Shown here: piece by piece, positions 51,905 through 64,000 of the stretch | How the letters are laid out: the number at the start of each line of letters is the position of its first letter | Numbering within the stretch: position 1 is the first letter of the stretch | Assembly (NCBI GenBank): GCA_965238175.1 | Contig: CBDEGZ010000003.1 | Coordinates: forward strand, 2,336,001-2,400,000 | Reading direction: 5' to 3' | Origin: Gammaproteobacteria bacterium | Lineage (GTDB): Bacteria; Pseudomonadota; Gammaproteobacteria; CAJXQU01 | Length of the DNA stretch: 64,000 bases | Notes under the pieces: generated by a model | The model's input: the letters and a program-made list of their open reading frames with translations, nothing else | Told to the model about the DNA's origin: nothing | The model's database searches: none | Program-made: the position numbers and the translations under genes

Positions 51905-52543
51905 TTAACTTTTATCTGTTTCTATTTTAACAACGCGGACTAATATCCCAAATAAAGGATGATCAAAATAATGTAGTTCTTTCGATTTCAGACGTCGACT
52001 TTGTTCTAGCTTCACTTCACCAAAAAGACTGTTGAAGCTCAGATCGGCGCTAAAATGCAGGAATCGCTGTTTATGAAGATTAATCGTCCCTTCAAGTTCT
52101 GGCAATTCTATCCACACAGCCGTACTTTTATCTTTATCACGAACTGTTTGATGCCATGCTTTATGATAGAGCACTCGATAATCCACAGTGCTGTTTAATC
52201 TTTCTCTGGTATCTGCAAGTGTCAGCGAGGTCGATGGAAGTTCAACTATCACATTCTCACCACCATCATCTAAAGAAACTGTCTCCAGAATTTCTTTTGT
52301 TGGAAAATCTCCATCTCCTCCATCTCCTCCATCTGCTTCTCCTTCATCGACTTCTAACTTTTGCCATTGTTCATTATCGAGGCCTATTTGATGTGACTGT
52401 TCAAAAATAAGTATCTCAATATCATATTGATCAAATTCATCTTGCGAATTTTCAGGTTCAGCTGCAACACTCGTGGTAATGAAAGAAAGTAAGATACAAA
52501 GTAGTTTTGATGCTTTTATTATATTCATATTAATAATTTTCAT
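51905..52543 (-). CDS. CsiV-like peptidoglycan-binding protein
   Basis: IEILIF, YRVLYHKAWHQ, RFLH, EQSRRLKSKELHYFDHPLFGILV; downstream of mfd. Confidence 0.85.
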   Translation of the reverse strand: MKIINMNIIKASKLLCILLSFITTSVAAEPENSQDEFDQYDIEILIFEQSHQIGLDNEQWQKLEVDEGEADGGDGGDGDFPTKEILETVSLDDGGENVIVELPSTSLTLADTRERLNSTVDYRVLYHKAWHQTVRDKDKSTAVWIELPELEGTINLHKQRFLHFSADLSFNSLFGEVKLEQSRRLKSKELHYFDHPLFGILVRVVKIETDKS

Positions 52544-55500
52544 GCTGCATTTTTTTCAATAAACCGTTCAAGTAGAGAATTAATTTCGTCAAATCTTTTT
52601 GCCGGTTCCGGCATGTCTTTTATTATTCTTAATTTGGTATTTTCCAATTTATAGTTATAGGGTTCGGTCTGTATTAATCGAATAATCAAACTCGGATCAA
52701 TATTTGGTTGTTCGTTAAATATGAAACGCCCACCGCTAGCACCAAAATCTATTTTCTTAATCCCCAGTGGCGTCGCCTTAATTTTAAGCTGCGTCAGTGC
52801 AAACAAGTTCAACGCTTGTTCTGGCATCAAACCAAAACGATCAATTACCTCTTCACGTAACTCATTCAATTCCTGATCATCTTTTGCACTAGCAATGCGT
52901 TTGTACATTATCAACCGTGTATGTACATCCGGCAAGTAGTCTTCAGGTATCAAGGCTGGAGTATGAACGTCAATCTCAGTACCATGATCTAATGGTCGAT
53001 CAAGTTCAGGTTGTCGCCCTTCTTTCATTGCTTTAACCGCGCGTTCCAACATATCTGTGTACATACCAAAACCTATTTCCTGAATATGACCACTTTGATC
53101 ATCACCAAGAATTTCACCCGCACCACGAATTTCCAGATCATGTGTGGCAATGGTAAAACCTACGCCTAAGTCTTCCAAAGATTCAATTGCTTCAAGACGT
53201 TTTCGCGCAACATCCGTCATTCTTTTCACGTCGGGTACAACGAGATACGCATAGGCACGATGATGTGACCGCCCTACTCTTCCACGTAATTGATAGAGCT
53301 GAGCCAGGCCAAATTTATCCGCCCGATTAATAATAATTGTATTCGCACTTGGAATATCAATTCCTGTTTCAATGATCGTACTGCAGACCAGCACATTAAA
53401 ACGACGATGATAAAAATCCTTCATTACCGTTTCTAACTCACGCTCACGCATTTGCCCATGGGCAAAATGAACTCGTGCTTCAGGCACTAGCGCAGCAACT
53501 TCTGTAGCCATTTTTTCGATCGTCTCAACTTTGTTATGTAATAAATAAACCTGACCACCACGACTGATCTCTCGCATGATCGCTTCTTTAATAACATCGT
53601 TTTTCCATTCTCGTACAAAGGTTTTTATCGCCAACCTTCGCGCAGGTGGTGTCGCAATAATAGAAAGTTCTCGGGTACCGGTTAAAGCTAAATTTAAGGA
53701 GCGTGGTATCGGCGTTGCAGTCAATGTCAAAATATCAACTTCTGATCGCATTGATTTCATTCGTTCTTTTTGACGCACTCCGAAACGATGTTCTTCATCG
53801 ATAATCAATAGTCCAAGCTGCTTAAATTTAATATCATTCTGGATCAGTTTATGTGTTCCGATCACTATATCGACATTACCGGAGCCTAACCCGACAATCG
53901 TTTCTTTGGTTAATTTTGAACCACTAAAACGTGAAAGTTGTTCAACTCGAATTGGCCAATCTGCAAATCGATCTTTAAAGTTTTCGAAATGCTGTTGTGC
54001 GAGTAAGGTCGTCGGCACCAAAATCGCAACTTGTTTCCCCGCATTAATCGCGACAAATGCAGCGCGCATCGCAACTTCCGTTTTACCAAAACCCACATCA
54101 CCACAGACGAGACGATCCATCGGACGTTCTCTACGCATATCTTCAAGCACTGCCTCTATAGCCGTTTGTTGATCTGGCGTTTCTTCGAATGGAAATGCTT
54201 GAGAGAAGGTACGATATGCATCTTCATCTATATTAAATGAATACCCTTTGCGTGCTTCTCGACGTGCATAAATTTCAAGCAATTCAGCAGCGACATCATG
54301 CACTCTTTGGGCAGCCTTTGACTTAGCTTTTTGCCACTGACCGCTGCCGAGTTTATGCAACGGTGCATGATCAGGATCAACACCTGAAAAACGGCTGATC
54401 AAATGCAAAGAGGCAACGGGTACAAATAATTTGTCGCCATCGGCATATTCAAGTTCTAAATACTCTTCGGTTATTTCCCCAGTCGTTAACGTAATCAACC
54501 CACGGTAACGTCCTACGCCATGGTCTTCGTGAATGACGGGGGCACCAATGGTGAGTTCCGTGAGGTTTTTTACAATCGCTTCTGGATCGCCACGTCCCGA
54601 ACGACGGCGACGACGTTTTTGTGAAACACGCTCACCAAACATTTGTGGTTCGCTGATTACGGCAATACCTGCAGCATCGATTTGTAAACCTTGTTCAAGC
54701 GAAGTCGCAGTAATACCTACTGTAGCATCACCTTGCAAAAAGTCATGCCAGTCTTCATACACTTCTGGACGAAGATCGTGTCGTCGAAATGTGTCTAACA
54801 AGGTTTCTCTACGACCCGTTGAGTCGGCAGCGATCAGCACTCGTCCATTAAAATTATTCAGATATCGTTTTAATAATCCCAACGGTTCTTCAGCACGTGG
54901 ATCTACCGGGATGTTCATCGGCATACTGGTTGAATAACTAAATCGATTTCCCTTTGAAGCCTGATCCTGATCGGTGTCTAGACCAGCGATCATCACTGAT
55001 GGTTGTTGTTTTATCGATTCGAAGATTTCATTCACGCGTAGCGCGATCATTTCGGGCGGCAGAATTGGTCGAATAGCATCATGTCGAAATTGTTCATATC
55101 GATCAGAAACTTCATCCCAGAAATGTTCAGCCGCTTCTTCCACACGATCATCAAATAAGATCAGTGTCTCTGCAGGAATAAAATCAAATAGAGTACTGGT
55201 CTGATCAAAAAATAGCGGTAGATAATATTCTATCCCCGGCGCAGCCAATCCATCACTGACATCGCGATAGACGGGACAATCTCCAGCCACGCCTTCAAAT
55301 TGATCTCGCCATGCATGTCGAAAATGCGTAATGCCTTCTTCCGTGAGTGGAAATTCGTGACCCGGTAAGATTTCCAATTGTTCTAGTGTTTCTGTCGAAC
55401 GTTGTGTTTCAGGATCAAAATAACGCAGGCTGTCTACCTCATCATCGAATAGATCAATTCTAACTGGCGCGTTACTACCCATTGGAAATACATCAAGTAA

Positions 55501-56025
55501 TGATCCTCGAATAGCAAAATCACCGTGTTCTAAAACTTGTGATACATACCGATAGCCATTAAGTTCGAGTTTTTTTCTGAACGCATCAAGATCAAAGTTA
55601 TCGCCTGTTGCAAGAGAAAAACTATTCGCATGAACATATTCTTTTGGTGGCAAACGGTGCATCAAACTTGAAACAGAGGTAATTAACACTCCTGTTTTGA
55701 TACCCGGTAATTGTGCTAGCGTTGCAAGTCGATCAGAAATTATATCGTGGTAAGGCGAGAATTGATCGTAAGGTAAAGTTTCCCAACTAGGGAATACCTT
55801 TATCGGCAGCCTTATATCCGCCACATAAAATTCAATTTCACTTGCCAGTCTTTCCGCAATTAGATTATCAGCGGTGATAACTAATAACGGTCCATTATGT
55901 TGTTCTAAACTGTTCGCAATAGCCAGCGCTTTACTCGAACCATAAAGATGTGTCCAACGTAGTCGATCACCTTTCTTTCCAGGCAAGGTTGGCCTGAAAG
56001 GAGTTAACAAGTCCTGTTCCGTCAT
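52540..56025 (-). CDS. mfd: Transcription-repair coupling factor
   Basis: UvrB-homology region, [28 protein letters not shown]. Confidence 0.98.
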   Translation of the reverse strand: MTEQDLLTPFRPTLPGKKGDRLRWTHLYGSSKALAIANSLEQHNGPLLVITADNLIAERLASEIEFYVADIRLPIKVFPSWETLPYDQFSPYHDIISDRLATLAQLPGIKTGVLITSVSSLMHRLPPKEYVHANSFSLATGDNFDLDAFRKKLELNGYRYVSQVLEHGDFAIRGSLLDVFPMGSNAPVRIDLFDDEVDSLRYFDPETQRSTETLEQLEILPGHEFPLTEEGITHFRHAWRDQFEGVAGDCPVYRDVSDGLAAPGIEYYLPLFFDQTSTLFDFIPAETLILFDDRVEEAAEHFWDEVSDRYEQFRHDAIRPILPPEMIALRVNEIFESIKQQPSVMIAGLDTDQDQASKGNRFSYSTSMPMNIPVDPRAEEPLGLLKRYLNNFNGRVLIAADSTGRRETLLDTFRRHDLRPEVYEDWHDFLQGDATVGITATSLEQGLQIDAAGIAVISEPQMFGERVSQKRRRRRSGRGDPEAIVKNLTELTIGAPVIHEDHGVGRYRGLITLTTGEITEEYLELEYADGDKLFVPVASLHLISRFSGVDPDHAPLHKLGSGQWQKAKSKAAQRVHDVAAELLEIYARREARKGYSFNIDEDAYRTFSQAFPFEETPDQQTAIEAVLEDMRRERPMDRLVCGDVGFGKTEVAMRAAFVAINAGKQVAILVPTTLLAQQHFENFKDRFADWPIRVEQLSRFSGSKLTKETIVGLGSGNVDIVIGTHKLIQNDIKFKQLGLLIIDEEHRFGVRQKERMKSMRSEVDILTLTATPIPRSLNLALTGTRELSIIATPPARRLAIKTFVREWKNDVIKEAIMREISRGGQVYLLHNKVETIEKMATEVAALVPEARVHFAHGQMRERELETVMKDFYHRRFNVLVCSTIIETGIDIPSANTIIINRADKFGLAQLYQLRGRVGRSHHRAYAYLVVPDVKRMTDVARKRLEAIESLEDLGVGFTIATHDLEIRGAGEILGDDQSGHIQEIGFGMYTDMLERAVKAMKEGRQPELDRPLDHGTEIDVHTPALIPEDYLPDVHTRLIMYKRIASAKDDQELNELREEVIDRFGLMPEQALNLFALTQLKIKATPLGIKKIDFGASGGRFIFNEQPNIDPSLIIRLIQTEPYNYKLENTKLRIIKDMPEPAKRFDEINSLLERFIEKNAA

Positions 56026-56747
56026 AGCTTTATAGCGTTAGAAATTTTTTCCAAAGCCGCTGCGGGATTTTCGGCTTGCGTGATAGGTCTTCCGATCACT
56101 AAATAATCTGAGCCATTTTTGATCGCATCTTCCGGTGTCATTATTCGAGTTTGATCATCCTGACTACTACCGGCTGGTCTCACTCCTGGTGTAACCAACG
56201 TGAAATCCTGTCCACAAGATCCTCGTAGTAGTGTGGTTTCCAATGGTGAACAAACCACCCCATCCAAACCACAAGATTTGGATAGGTTTGCTAATCTATT
56301 CACAGCCTCTTCTGGTGATCCCTTGATACCTATTTCTTGTAATTCGCTTGCGGAAAGGCTGGTTAGTACCGTCACTCCGATCAATAATGGTCGCTTCTCA
56401 TAAGGCTCTAGAGCTTCATGTGCAGCCGTCATCATACTGCGGCCACCACTCGCGTGAACATTAACCATCCAGACGCCTAATTCTGCTGCAGCTGTACATG
56501 CTTTGGCCACGGTATTCGGAATATCATGAAATTTCAGATCAAGAAAAACATCAAATCCCATACCCACGAATCGTTCCACCAACTTTGGGCCAGCATTGGT
56601 AAACAGTTCTTTACCTACTTTAATACGACATTTTTGTGGATCAAGCTGCAACACAAATGACAAGGCTGTTCCCATATTATTGAAATCGAGAGCTATTATT
56701 ATTTTAGAATGGTTTACTTTAGAATGGTTTATTTCAGAATCACTCAC
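56022..56747 (-). CDS. pyrF: Orotidine-5'-phosphate decarboxylase
   Basis: [25 protein letters not shown]. Confidence 0.97.
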   Translation of the reverse strand: MSDSEINHSKVNHSKIIIALDFNNMGTALSFVLQLDPQKCRIKVGKELFTNAGPKLVERFVGMGFDVFLDLKFHDIPNTVAKACTAAAELGVWMVNVHASGGRSMMTAAHEALEPYEKRPLLIGVTVLTSLSASELQEIGIKGSPEEAVNRLANLSKSCGLDGVVCSPLETTLLRGSCGQDFTLVTPGVRPAGSSQDDQTRIMTPEDAIKNGSDYLVIGRPITQAENPAAALEKISNAIKL

Positions 56748-57924
56748 TTATTATTCCTTGTATCGGTTTAATCGTATCCCAGTTTTTACACGCAGGACAT
56801 TGCCAGTATATTGAACGCGCACTGTACCCACAGTGGTTACACTTGCACGCGGTTTTTACCTCTACCAGTTTTTCAGTTAATCTTTTAAAGCATTTTAATT
56901 TACTTTTGTCAGCTTGTTCCTCTTCCGGCATAAGTGAAAGATCAACTAATCGATCAAGCATCCTCACCGAGGGTTGCTGATCAATTTTACCCACCAAAAA
57001 ACGAATAGCACTTTCACCACCTTCATTTTCTTCAATAAAATCTGATAATTCTATAATCTGATTTGTTCCAGCTTGTGTGGCAGGCAGCTTACGTAAATAC
57101 TCAAGGAACTCATCACTTTTACCCAATTCACGGTAACAAGTTTTCATATATGTTAGGACTTCACTGACAAATTCAGGCGCTTGTTTTTCTATCCTTCTAA
57201 ACGCTTTGATGGCTGCATTGTAATTGCCTTGTTCCATTTCGAACTGACCTTCAATAATGCTCGCGTGTACAGAACCCGGATCTTCTTTTAGAGATTTTTT
57301 GATCAATTCTCGCACTAGTTTCTCATCTTTGTCCGTTGTAAAAACCTTTTCTGCCTTTTCACAGTAATAATGTGCGATACGTTTATTGAGTTTTTCAGAA
57401 GAATTTTGCTGCCAGATCCTGGCACACTCGATGGTTTTGTCCCAATCATTTTCTTCTTCATAAATTTCTACAAGATAACGAGCTGCTCTTGATTTATACG
57501 GCGTTGCTAATAGACCTTCAAACAGAACTTCAGCTCGATCAAGTAAGCCCGAGCGTAAATAATCAACACCAAGTTCAATTAGCGCTTGAGATCGTTGCTC
57601 GCCACTTAAGGAAGGTCTTGCAATGAGATTTTGATGAATACGGATCGCACGATCCACTTCACCGCGGCGGCGAAATAAATTACCTAGCGCCAGATGAACT
57701 TCGACTGTTTCACTATCAACTTCAAGTAGTTTTAGAAAGACTTCAATCGCCTTATCAGGTTGTTCATTAATGATGTATCGCAGCCCCTTATAATATTCAG
57801 GTGCAACATCATCTACATATGAACCGGATTCTTTCCTATATTTTTTACGCGCTATCCACCAACTTGTTCCAGCAGCAATCGGCAATAACAGGAACAACAG
57901 TCCTGCAAAGAAATTAGTCGGCAT
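56740..57924 (-). CDS. lapB: LPS assembly protein B
   Basis: TPR repeats, [14 protein letters not shown]-terminal CxxC...CPxC. Confidence 0.95.
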   Translation of the reverse strand: MPTNFFAGLLFLLLPIAAGTSWWIARKKYRKESGSYVDDVAPEYYKGLRYIINEQPDKAIEVFLKLLEVDSETVEVHLALGNLFRRRGEVDRAIRIHQNLIARPSLSGEQRSQALIELGVDYLRSGLLDRAEVLFEGLLATPYKSRAARYLVEIYEEENDWDKTIECARIWQQNSSEKLNKRIAHYYCEKAEKVFTTDKDEKLVRELIKKSLKEDPGSVHASIIEGQFEMEQGNYNAAIKAFRRIEKQAPEFVSEVLTYMKTCYRELGKSDEFLEYLRKLPATQAGTNQIIELSDFIEENEGGESAIRFLVGKIDQQPSVRMLDRLVDLSLMPEEEQADKSKLKCFKRLTEKLVEVKTACKCNHCGYSARSIYWQCPACKNWDTIKPIQGIISE

Positions 57925-58207
57925 CCTTTAAAGGAATTGATCTTAAATTTGATACTTCCTGCTCAGCTGCTTTTACGGCTTTGTTAAGTTTTGATTTTTC
58001 ACGCATCAAAGGAATAATCATGCTCATACTTGCAATCATTCCAAGTACGACGCCAACAATAAGCGAAAAAATGACAACAAGAGATTTAGCTATTTCGATT
58101 TCACCCAGATAATATTTAATAGTAATTAGATCAGGATTTTGCTGGTAGAAAGAAAAACCTATAACGACAATTATAATAATAAAGATGAATTTCAGGAATC
58201 CAATCAT
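57914..58207 (-). CDS. lapA: LPS assembly protein A
   Basis: Two TM segments plus coiled coil; between ihfB and lapB. Confidence 0.85.
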   Translation of the reverse strand: MIGFLKFIFIIIIVVIGFSFYQQNPDLITIKYYLGEIEIAKSLVVIFSLIVGVVLGMIASMSMIIPLMREKSKLNKAVKAAEQEVSNLRSIPLKDAD

Positions 58208-58332
58208 CAGCTCCCTCCGCTTTGATTTTTTTTAATACGACAACCCGCTAATTTTAAGGCTGTGTCATAGTTAGTGCATGTTTAAGTTTACCAGATAACG
58301 AAGATAACTAGACATCCGTATTTATAGTTAGT

Positions 58333-58626
58333 TTAACTTTTATTGACTGAATCATTTACCCGTTCACGTAACTCTTTACCAGGCTTAAAATGTGGGACAT
58401 GCTTGCCTGGTAGTGATACTTGTTCGCCTGATTTTGGATTACGTCCAACTCGGGGCGGCCGATAATGTAAAGAAAAACTACCAAATCCACGTATTTCGAT
58501 ACGCTCCCCGCTTGCGAGCGTGTTAGCCATATGCTCCAGCATGCTTTTCACTGCAAGTTCAACATCGTTGTATCTTAACTGAGGCTGTTTGCTCACAAGA
58601 ATGTCTATCAATTCTGATTTTGTCAT
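58333..58626 (-). CDS. ihfB: Integration host factor beta
   Basis: [35 protein letters not shown]. Confidence 0.97.
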   Translation of the reverse strand: MTKSELIDILVSKQPQLRYNDVELAVKSMLEHMANTLASGERIEIRGFGSFSLHYRPPRVGRNPKSGEQVSLPGKHVPHFKPGKELRERVNDSVNKS

Positions 58627-58665
58627 TTCTTATTCTCTAGATTTAATTCTGAACTGTATTTTCCA

Positions 58666-58714
58666 ATATGAAACTGAGTGGATTCAGTCTAATAAATCCA
58701 CCCAGTTTACATAT
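58666..58714 (-). terminator. Long stem-loop between rpsA and ihfB (terminator or mRNA-stability element)
   Basis: AAACTGAGTGGATT / AATCCACCCAGTTT inverted repeat immediately after the rpsA stop. Confidence 0.55.
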
Positions 58715-58717
58715 AGT

Positions 58718-60388
58718 TTATTTATTATCCATTTGCTCTTTCAATAAATCACCTATTGTGGTTGCGCCAGCATCTGGGCTGGAGCTGTACTCTTTAATTG
58801 AAGCTTTTTCATCTTTGGAATCTTTCGCACTAATAGAAAGGTTAATAGATCGTTTCTTGCGATCAACGCCAACAAGCATCGCTTCAATCTCATCACCTTC
58901 TTTCATTAGTTTGCGAGCATCATCAACTGGATCAAGCGACATTTCGGAAGCTCTCATATAAGCGATAACACCTTCAGCCAATTCAATTTCAGCACCACGT
59001 GCATCAACTTCAACTACCTTGCCCGTAACAACTTCACCCTTTGGATGTTCATTCATATAATCGCTGATCGGATCACCATCAAGCTGTTTAATACCTAATG
59101 AAATACGCTCTCTTTCAGCATCAATTGCAATAATGACGGTCTCAAGTTCATCACCTTTATTATAATTACGGGCAATATCTTCACCGGAATCATTCCAGGA
59201 AATATCAGAGAGATGAACCAAACCATCGATACCACCTTCAAGACCAATGAATACACCAAAATCTGTAATTGATTTGATCGCACCAACAACTTTATCACCA
59301 CGAACATGGGTTGCAGCAAACTCATCCCAGGGATTTGCTTGACACTGTTTCATACCCAGTGAAATACGTCGTCTTTCTTCATCAATATCCAAAACAGCGA
59401 CTTCAACTTCTTGTCCAAGATGAACCAGTTTTGAAGGATGAACGTTTTTATTGGTCCAATCCATTTCAGAAACGTGAACAAGGCCTTCAACACCTTCTTC
59501 AATTTCAACAAAACAACCATAATCGGCCAAATTGCTAACCTTTCCAGTTAAACGGAAACCTTCTGGATAACGTCTGGAAATGTCGACCCAAGGATCTTCA
59601 CCCAGTTGTTTCAAACCCAGAGATACACGGGTTTTTTCTTTGTCATACTTAAGTACTTTGACTTGAATTTCATCACCCATTGTTACCACTTCACTTGGAT
59701 GACTAACACGTTTCCATGCCATATCTGTAATATGTAACAAGCCGTCTATACCACCTAAATCAACAAATGCACCATAGTCAGTCAAGTTCTTAACAAGACC
59801 TTTAATCGTCATGCCTTCAGTCAAACTATTCAGTAGTTCTTCACGATCGGCGGAGCTTTCACTTTCAACTACTGCACGACGCGAAACAACAACGTTATTA
59901 CGTTTTTGATCAACTTTAACGACTTTGAATTCAAGCGGTTTACCTTCCAGATAACTTGTGTCTCTGACTGGACGTACATCTACCAAAGAACCCGGCAAGA
60001 AAGCGCGGATATTAAGAATGTCAACTGTGAAACCACCTTTGACTTTATCTGTGATAATACCGGTGACGGTTTCATTATCTTCCTGAGCTTTTTCAAGATT
60101 GATCCAAGCCATCGCACGTTTCGCTTTTTCACGCGATAAACGAGTGGCCCCATAACCATCTTCAAATGCTTCCAAAGCAACATCGACTTGATCGCCGACT
60201 TCAACTTCCAGTTCTCCTTGTTCATCATAAAACTGTTCCGTTGGGATCATTCCCTCAGATTTCAGCCCGGCATTGATGACAATGAACTTTGATCCTATTT
60301 CCAACACAGTGCCGGTAACAATAGCACCTGTATTTATTTTTAATTCATTTTGACTTTCTTCGAATAATTCCGCGAAACTTTCAGACAT
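58718..60388 (-). CDS. rpsA: 30S ribosomal protein S1
   Basis: [12 protein letters not shown]; six S1 repeats. Confidence 0.98.
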   Translation of the reverse strand: MSESFAELFEESQNELKINTGAIVTGTVLEIGSKFIVINAGLKSEGMIPTEQFYDEQGELEVEVGDQVDVALEAFEDGYGATRLSREKAKRAMAWINLEKAQEDNETVTGIITDKVKGGFTVDILNIRAFLPGSLVDVRPVRDTSYLEGKPLEFKVVKVDQKRNNVVVSRRAVVESESSADREELLNSLTEGMTIKGLVKNLTDYGAFVDLGGIDGLLHITDMAWKRVSHPSEVVTMGDEIQVKVLKYDKEKTRVSLGLKQLGEDPWVDISRRYPEGFRLTGKVSNLADYGCFVEIEEGVEGLVHVSEMDWTNKNVHPSKLVHLGQEVEVAVLDIDEERRRISLGMKQCQANPWDEFAATHVRGDKVVGAIKSITDFGVFIGLEGGIDGLVHLSDISWNDSGEDIARNYNKGDELETVIIAIDAERERISLGIKQLDGDPISDYMNEHPKGEVVTGKVVEVDARGAEIELAEGVIAYMRASEMSLDPVDDARKLMKEGDEIEAMLVGVDRKKRSINLSISAKDSKDEKASIKEYSSSPDAGATTIGDLLKEQMDNK

Positions 60389-60561
60389 GGTTAGTTAGAC
60401 TCCAGATCTGGCCTGTGATGCCAAATCCCCTTCCGTATAAAACGGTTTGTAGTTAAAAAAATGACTAAACTTCTGTTGTTCAGCCAACCTATTTACATAC
60501 GTAATTTATGTATGCATGATTTAATATTTACTGCTTACTCTTAACCTGAAATACCTTATTG

Positions 60562-62604
60562 CTACATTCCATACTTCGCAATCAATGACATGACTTTAGC
60601 TTCAACGTCATCAATACCCAAATTGCTAGTATCAATTACGATAGCATCGTCCGCTGGTTTTAGCGGTGCTATCTGACGTTGGCTGTCACGTTCATCTCGC
60701 TCAGCTATCTCGGCAAGAAGCTGCGCGACAGTAACATTATTCCCTATGTCTTTCAACTGCTTATATCGTCTTTTGGCCCTTATATCCGGACTTGCAGTTA
60801 GATAGATTTTCAGATCTGCTTGCGGGAAAACAACGGTTCCCATATCACGACCATCTGCAATCAAACCAGGTGCTTTTTGAAATGCTTTTTGGCGTTCATA
60901 TAACGCCGCTCGCACTTCCGGAATGACAGCGATTTTAGAGGCTAAATTACCTGCTGTTTCGGTGCGGATTTGATCAGTTACGTCCTTCCCATTAAGCAAT
61001 ATAGACACCAATTCGCCGGAGTTAATGAAAGAAAGATCCATATTCAACGCTTCTTTAGTTATCCGTTCAAGATCATCTAAGGTAATATTCTTATCAGAAA
61101 TAATTAATCCTAATATACGATAAAGTGAACCACTATCTAGTAAATGCCATCCTAACTGTTCAGCTAAACGTCCGCATAAGGTCCCTTTTCCTGTACCACT
61201 GGGACCATCGACTGCAATGACAGGGAAAGATTTTGTAGCATTTACTGCAGAGATATTTAAACCTGCAGACTTGGCCAGATCAGAAAATTCGGGAAAAGAA
61301 GTTGCCACATTGTCACAATCTTGAATTTTGATCGTCCCCTTTGCACGCAAAGCAGCGACTGCGAATGACATAGCAATTCTGTGATCACCATGACTTTCAA
61401 TAACACCACCTTCAATATCACCTCCTTGAATGATCATCCCGTCAGGCAAAGCCTCAACATCTACCCCTAATCGTAAAAGCCCCTCTTCCATCACCGCAAT
61501 CCGATCACTTTCCTTGATCCGCATCTCTGCCGCACCACGTAAAATGGTTGTTCCTTTTGCACATGCTGCAGCAATAAAAATCGCTGGGAATTCATCAATT
61601 GCTATCGGAACAAATTCAGGAGGAATAGTAATACCCTTTAATTCTGAACTTTTAATCTGTAGATCAGCAACGGGTTCACCACCCGCCTGGTATTCACGTA
61701 AGATCTGAATATCCGCACCCATCAGTTTGAGAATTTTGATCACACCATCACGTGTCGGGTTAATACCCACATTTTCTAAGATCAGATCGGAACCTTGCGC
61801 AATACACGCCCCAATAATAAAAAATGCAGCGGATGAAACATCACCAGGAACAACAATGGATTGTGCAGTCAATTTTCCACCGCCAGATAAACTCGCCGAT
61901 ATTTTTTTATCCGAATTTTCACCATAGGTTATAGGATAGCCAAAACCTTCAAGCATCCTTTCAGTATGATCGCGTAAGATACCTTTCTCATTAATTTTGG
62001 TTTCGCCTTCGGCATACAAGCCGGCCAGCAAAAGCGCAGATTTTACTTGTGCGCTGGCGACCGGTAGATCGTAAATAATCCCTCTTAGTTTTTGATCTTC
62101 GTTGATTTGAACATCATTATTTTGATCATTTTTTTTCTGAATTGATTTGATTCGAACTGGGGGACTTCCATCTGACTCACAACTAATATTGGCCCCCATT
62201 GAATTCAATGGATCGGTCACACGTAGCATCGGTCGTTTGGAAAGAGATCCATCACCGGTGAGTTCAACATCGAAAGATTGACCTGCCAGTAGACCACTTA
62301 GCAGACGCATAGAAGTGCCTGAGTTTCCAATATATAGAGCATTCTCAGGTGCTTTCAATCCATTTAAACCAACACCGTGAATGACCACTTCGCCTTTTGC
62401 AGGTCGCTCTATAACAACTCCCATTGCCTCAAAAGCAGCTAATGTTGCCAGCGTATCTTCTGCTTCTAAGAACCCGCTAATATGTGTTGTTCCTTCCGCA
62501 ACTGCACCCAACATGATCGCGCGATGGGAGATAGATTTATCGCCAGGTATTTGGATCGATCCTTTTAAACTTCCACCGGGATAAACTATTAACTCACTCA
62601 CCAT
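60562..62604 (-). CDS. aroA: Fused EPSP synthase / cytidylate kinase (AroA-Cmk)
   Basis: PGDKSISHR, SAQVKSA, KESDRI, DHRIAM, then in frame VIAVDGPSGTGKGT, LDSGSLYR, ADGRDMGTVVFP. Confidence 0.95.
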   Translation of the reverse strand: MVSELIVYPGGSLKGSIQIPGDKSISHRAIMLGAVAEGTTHISGFLEAEDTLATLAAFEAMGVVIERPAKGEVVIHGVGLNGLKAPENALYIGNSGTSMRLLSGLLAGQSFDVELTGDGSLSKRPMLRVTDPLNSMGANISCESDGSPPVRIKSIQKKNDQNNDVQINEDQKLRGIIYDLPVASAQVKSALLLAGLYAEGETKINEKGILRDHTERMLEGFGYPITYGENSDKKISASLSGGGKLTAQSIVVPGDVSSAAFFIIGACIAQGSDLILENVGINPTRDGVIKILKLMGADIQILREYQAGGEPVADLQIKSSELKGITIPPEFVPIAIDEFPAIFIAAACAKGTTILRGAAEMRIKESDRIAVMEEGLLRLGVDVEALPDGMIIQGGDIEGGVIESHGDHRIAMSFAVAALRAKGTIKIQDCDNVATSFPEFSDLAKSAGLNISAVNATKSFPVIAVDGPSGTGKGTLCGRLAEQLGWHLLDSGSLYRILGLIISDKNITLDDLERITKEALNMDLSFINSGELVSILLNGKDVTDQIRTETAGNLASKIAVIPEVRAALYERQKAFQKAPGLIADGRDMGTVVFPQADLKIYLTASPDIRAKRRYKQLKDIGNNVTVAQLLAEIAERDERDSQRQIAPLKPADDAIVIDTSNLGIDDVEAKVMSLIAKYGM

Positions 62605-62609
62605 CTTGC

Positions 62610-63530
62610 TTATTCTTCGCCTTGTTCCATATCAGGTTTATCTTGATCTTTCTGGTGTCGCATCTGACGATTATCGGCAAATTCGTCGCGTGCCTTTTTA
62701 GCCTCAGTCATCATTTTCATCACAAATTCGTTGTCATTATTTCGCAATGCTTCCTTCAATTCATCAATACTATTTTCATAGCGTTCTAGTAACTGTAATA
62801 CTGCATCACGATTGGTAAAAACAATGTCATGCCACATTTGTGGGCTACTTGAGGCGATCCGGGTGAAATCAGCAAAACCACCTGCAGCAAAGCGAAATAC
62901 ATCACCCGATTCTTCCATTTTCGACAAGGTATTAACAAGTGAATAGGCCATCACATGGGGAAGGTGGCTGGTCGCAGCCAACACTTCGTCATGACGATTT
63001 ACGTCCATAAAGTCAACAGCCGCACCGGCCAGTTCCCAAATTCGGTGAACTTTATCGAGTGCTTCTGGTGATGTTTCTTTCACAGGCGTAAGGATCACAC
63101 GGTGGTTGTCATATAGTTCAGCAAAACTGGCATCGACACCACTTTTCTCTGTTCCAGCAATCGGGTGACCTGGAACAAATTGTGGAAATTTATCGCCCAA
63201 ATGTTGGCGAGCAGAATCAACAACGCTGCCTTTCACACTTCCTGCATCAGTAACAATCGTATCCGATCCTAAACTGGGTTTTATTTGTGCAAAGATTTGA
63301 TCACAAGCACCAAGAGGAATAGAAATTAAAACCAGATCTGCACCTCTAACGGCCTCAGAAGGATCTGTTGAAAAATCATGGATCACACCCAGCTTAACAG
63401 CTTTTTCCAGCTCAAAAATTGATCGTGCACAACCGGTTACACGTTCGCAAACGCCCGCTCTTTGTAGCGCCCTCGAAAACGAACCTCCAATCAGACCAAT
63501 GCCGATAATCGTCAGGTGTTTAATTTTCAT
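62610..63530 (-). CDS. tyrA: Prephenate/arogenate dehydrogenase
   Basis: GIGLIGGS, TDAGSVK, GHPIAGTEKSG, SHLPH. Confidence 0.93.
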   Translation of the reverse strand: MKIKHLTIIGIGLIGGSFSRALQRAGVCERVTGCARSIFELEKAVKLGVIHDFSTDPSEAVRGADLVLISIPLGACDQIFAQIKPSLGSDTIVTDAGSVKGSVVDSARQHLGDKFPQFVPGHPIAGTEKSGVDASFAELYDNHRVILTPVKETSPEALDKVHRIWELAGAAVDFMDVNRHDEVLAATSHLPHVMAYSLVNTLSKMEESGDVFRFAAGGFADFTRIASSSPQMWHDIVFTNRDAVLQLLERYENSIDELKEALRNNDNEFVMKMMTEAKKARDEFADNRQMRHQKDQDKPDMEQGEE

Positions 63531-63577
63531 ACTGATAGTTAATACTTATAATTATTGCTTATGGTTGTTTGAGAACA

Positions 63578-64000
63578 TCAGCCAAGGACATCACTTAAGG
63601 CTTGAATAAAACGGCTATTTTCTTTTTCTATTCCAATCGTAACTCGCAAATAATTCGGCATTCCATAAACATCTACCGGCCTGACGATAACCCCTTTATG
63701 CAACAAGGCTTGATAAATTTCCATGCCCGATTGATCAAATTCGACACAAATAAAATTCCCAACTGAAGGAATATAATTCAAGCCCATTTTTTCAAACGCT
63801 GTGGCTAGTTGCACCATGCCTGAGGCATTAGTTTCGAGACTTTCATTTATATGAGAATAATCCTGCAATGCCGCTTCTGCAGCTGCAAGTGCCAGTGAAT
63901 TTGAGTTAAAAGGCTGACGAACACGATTCAACAATTCAGCGACTTGTGGATGGGAAATGCCGTAACCTATTCTCAATCCCGCCAAACCGTGAATTTTGGA
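63578..64000 (-). CDS. hisC: Histidinol-phosphate aminotransferase, 3' part only
   Basis: SKIHGLAGLRIGY, NRVRQPFN, GVIVRP, LRVTIG; upstream of tyrA. Confidence 0.92.
   Translation of the reverse strand, partial: SKIHGLAGLRIGYGISHPQVAELLNRVRQPFNSNSLALAAAEAALQDYSHINESLETNASGMVQLATAFEKMGLNYIPSVGNFICVEFDQSGMEIYQALLHKGVIVRPVDVYGMPNYLRVTIGIEKENSRFIQALSDVLG

Overview
AT-rich chromosomal window from a Gammaproteobacterium, inferred from the dapC-dapD, dnaQ-rnhA, xseA-guaBA and hisC-tyrA-aroA/cmk-rpsA-ihfB-lapAB-pyrF gene orders. It is mostly housekeeping genes. The accessory core is 19.3-25.8 kb. There, two oppositely oriented integron cassette arrays with no integrase in the window (CALIN-like; about 11 small orphan or decayed cassette ORFs, 7 full-length and 3-4 broken attC sites) converge on ylqF/rbgA and a decayed IS110/IS1111 element. 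Two cassettes in different arrays appear to be distant homologues, and one is a truncated membrane protein of a type associated with defence systems. Next to this is a roadblock (MglB-like) operon whose GTPase partner is a degenerate MglA-like domain fused behind a kinase N-lobe. The window also holds an arsS-methyltransferase-glycosyltransferase cluster, a second roadblock-like pair, a complete IS481 with a 7-bp target duplication and an aroA-cmk fusion. No rRNA, tRNA or CRISPR array was seen. All family assignments come from motif recognition by eye, not database searches.
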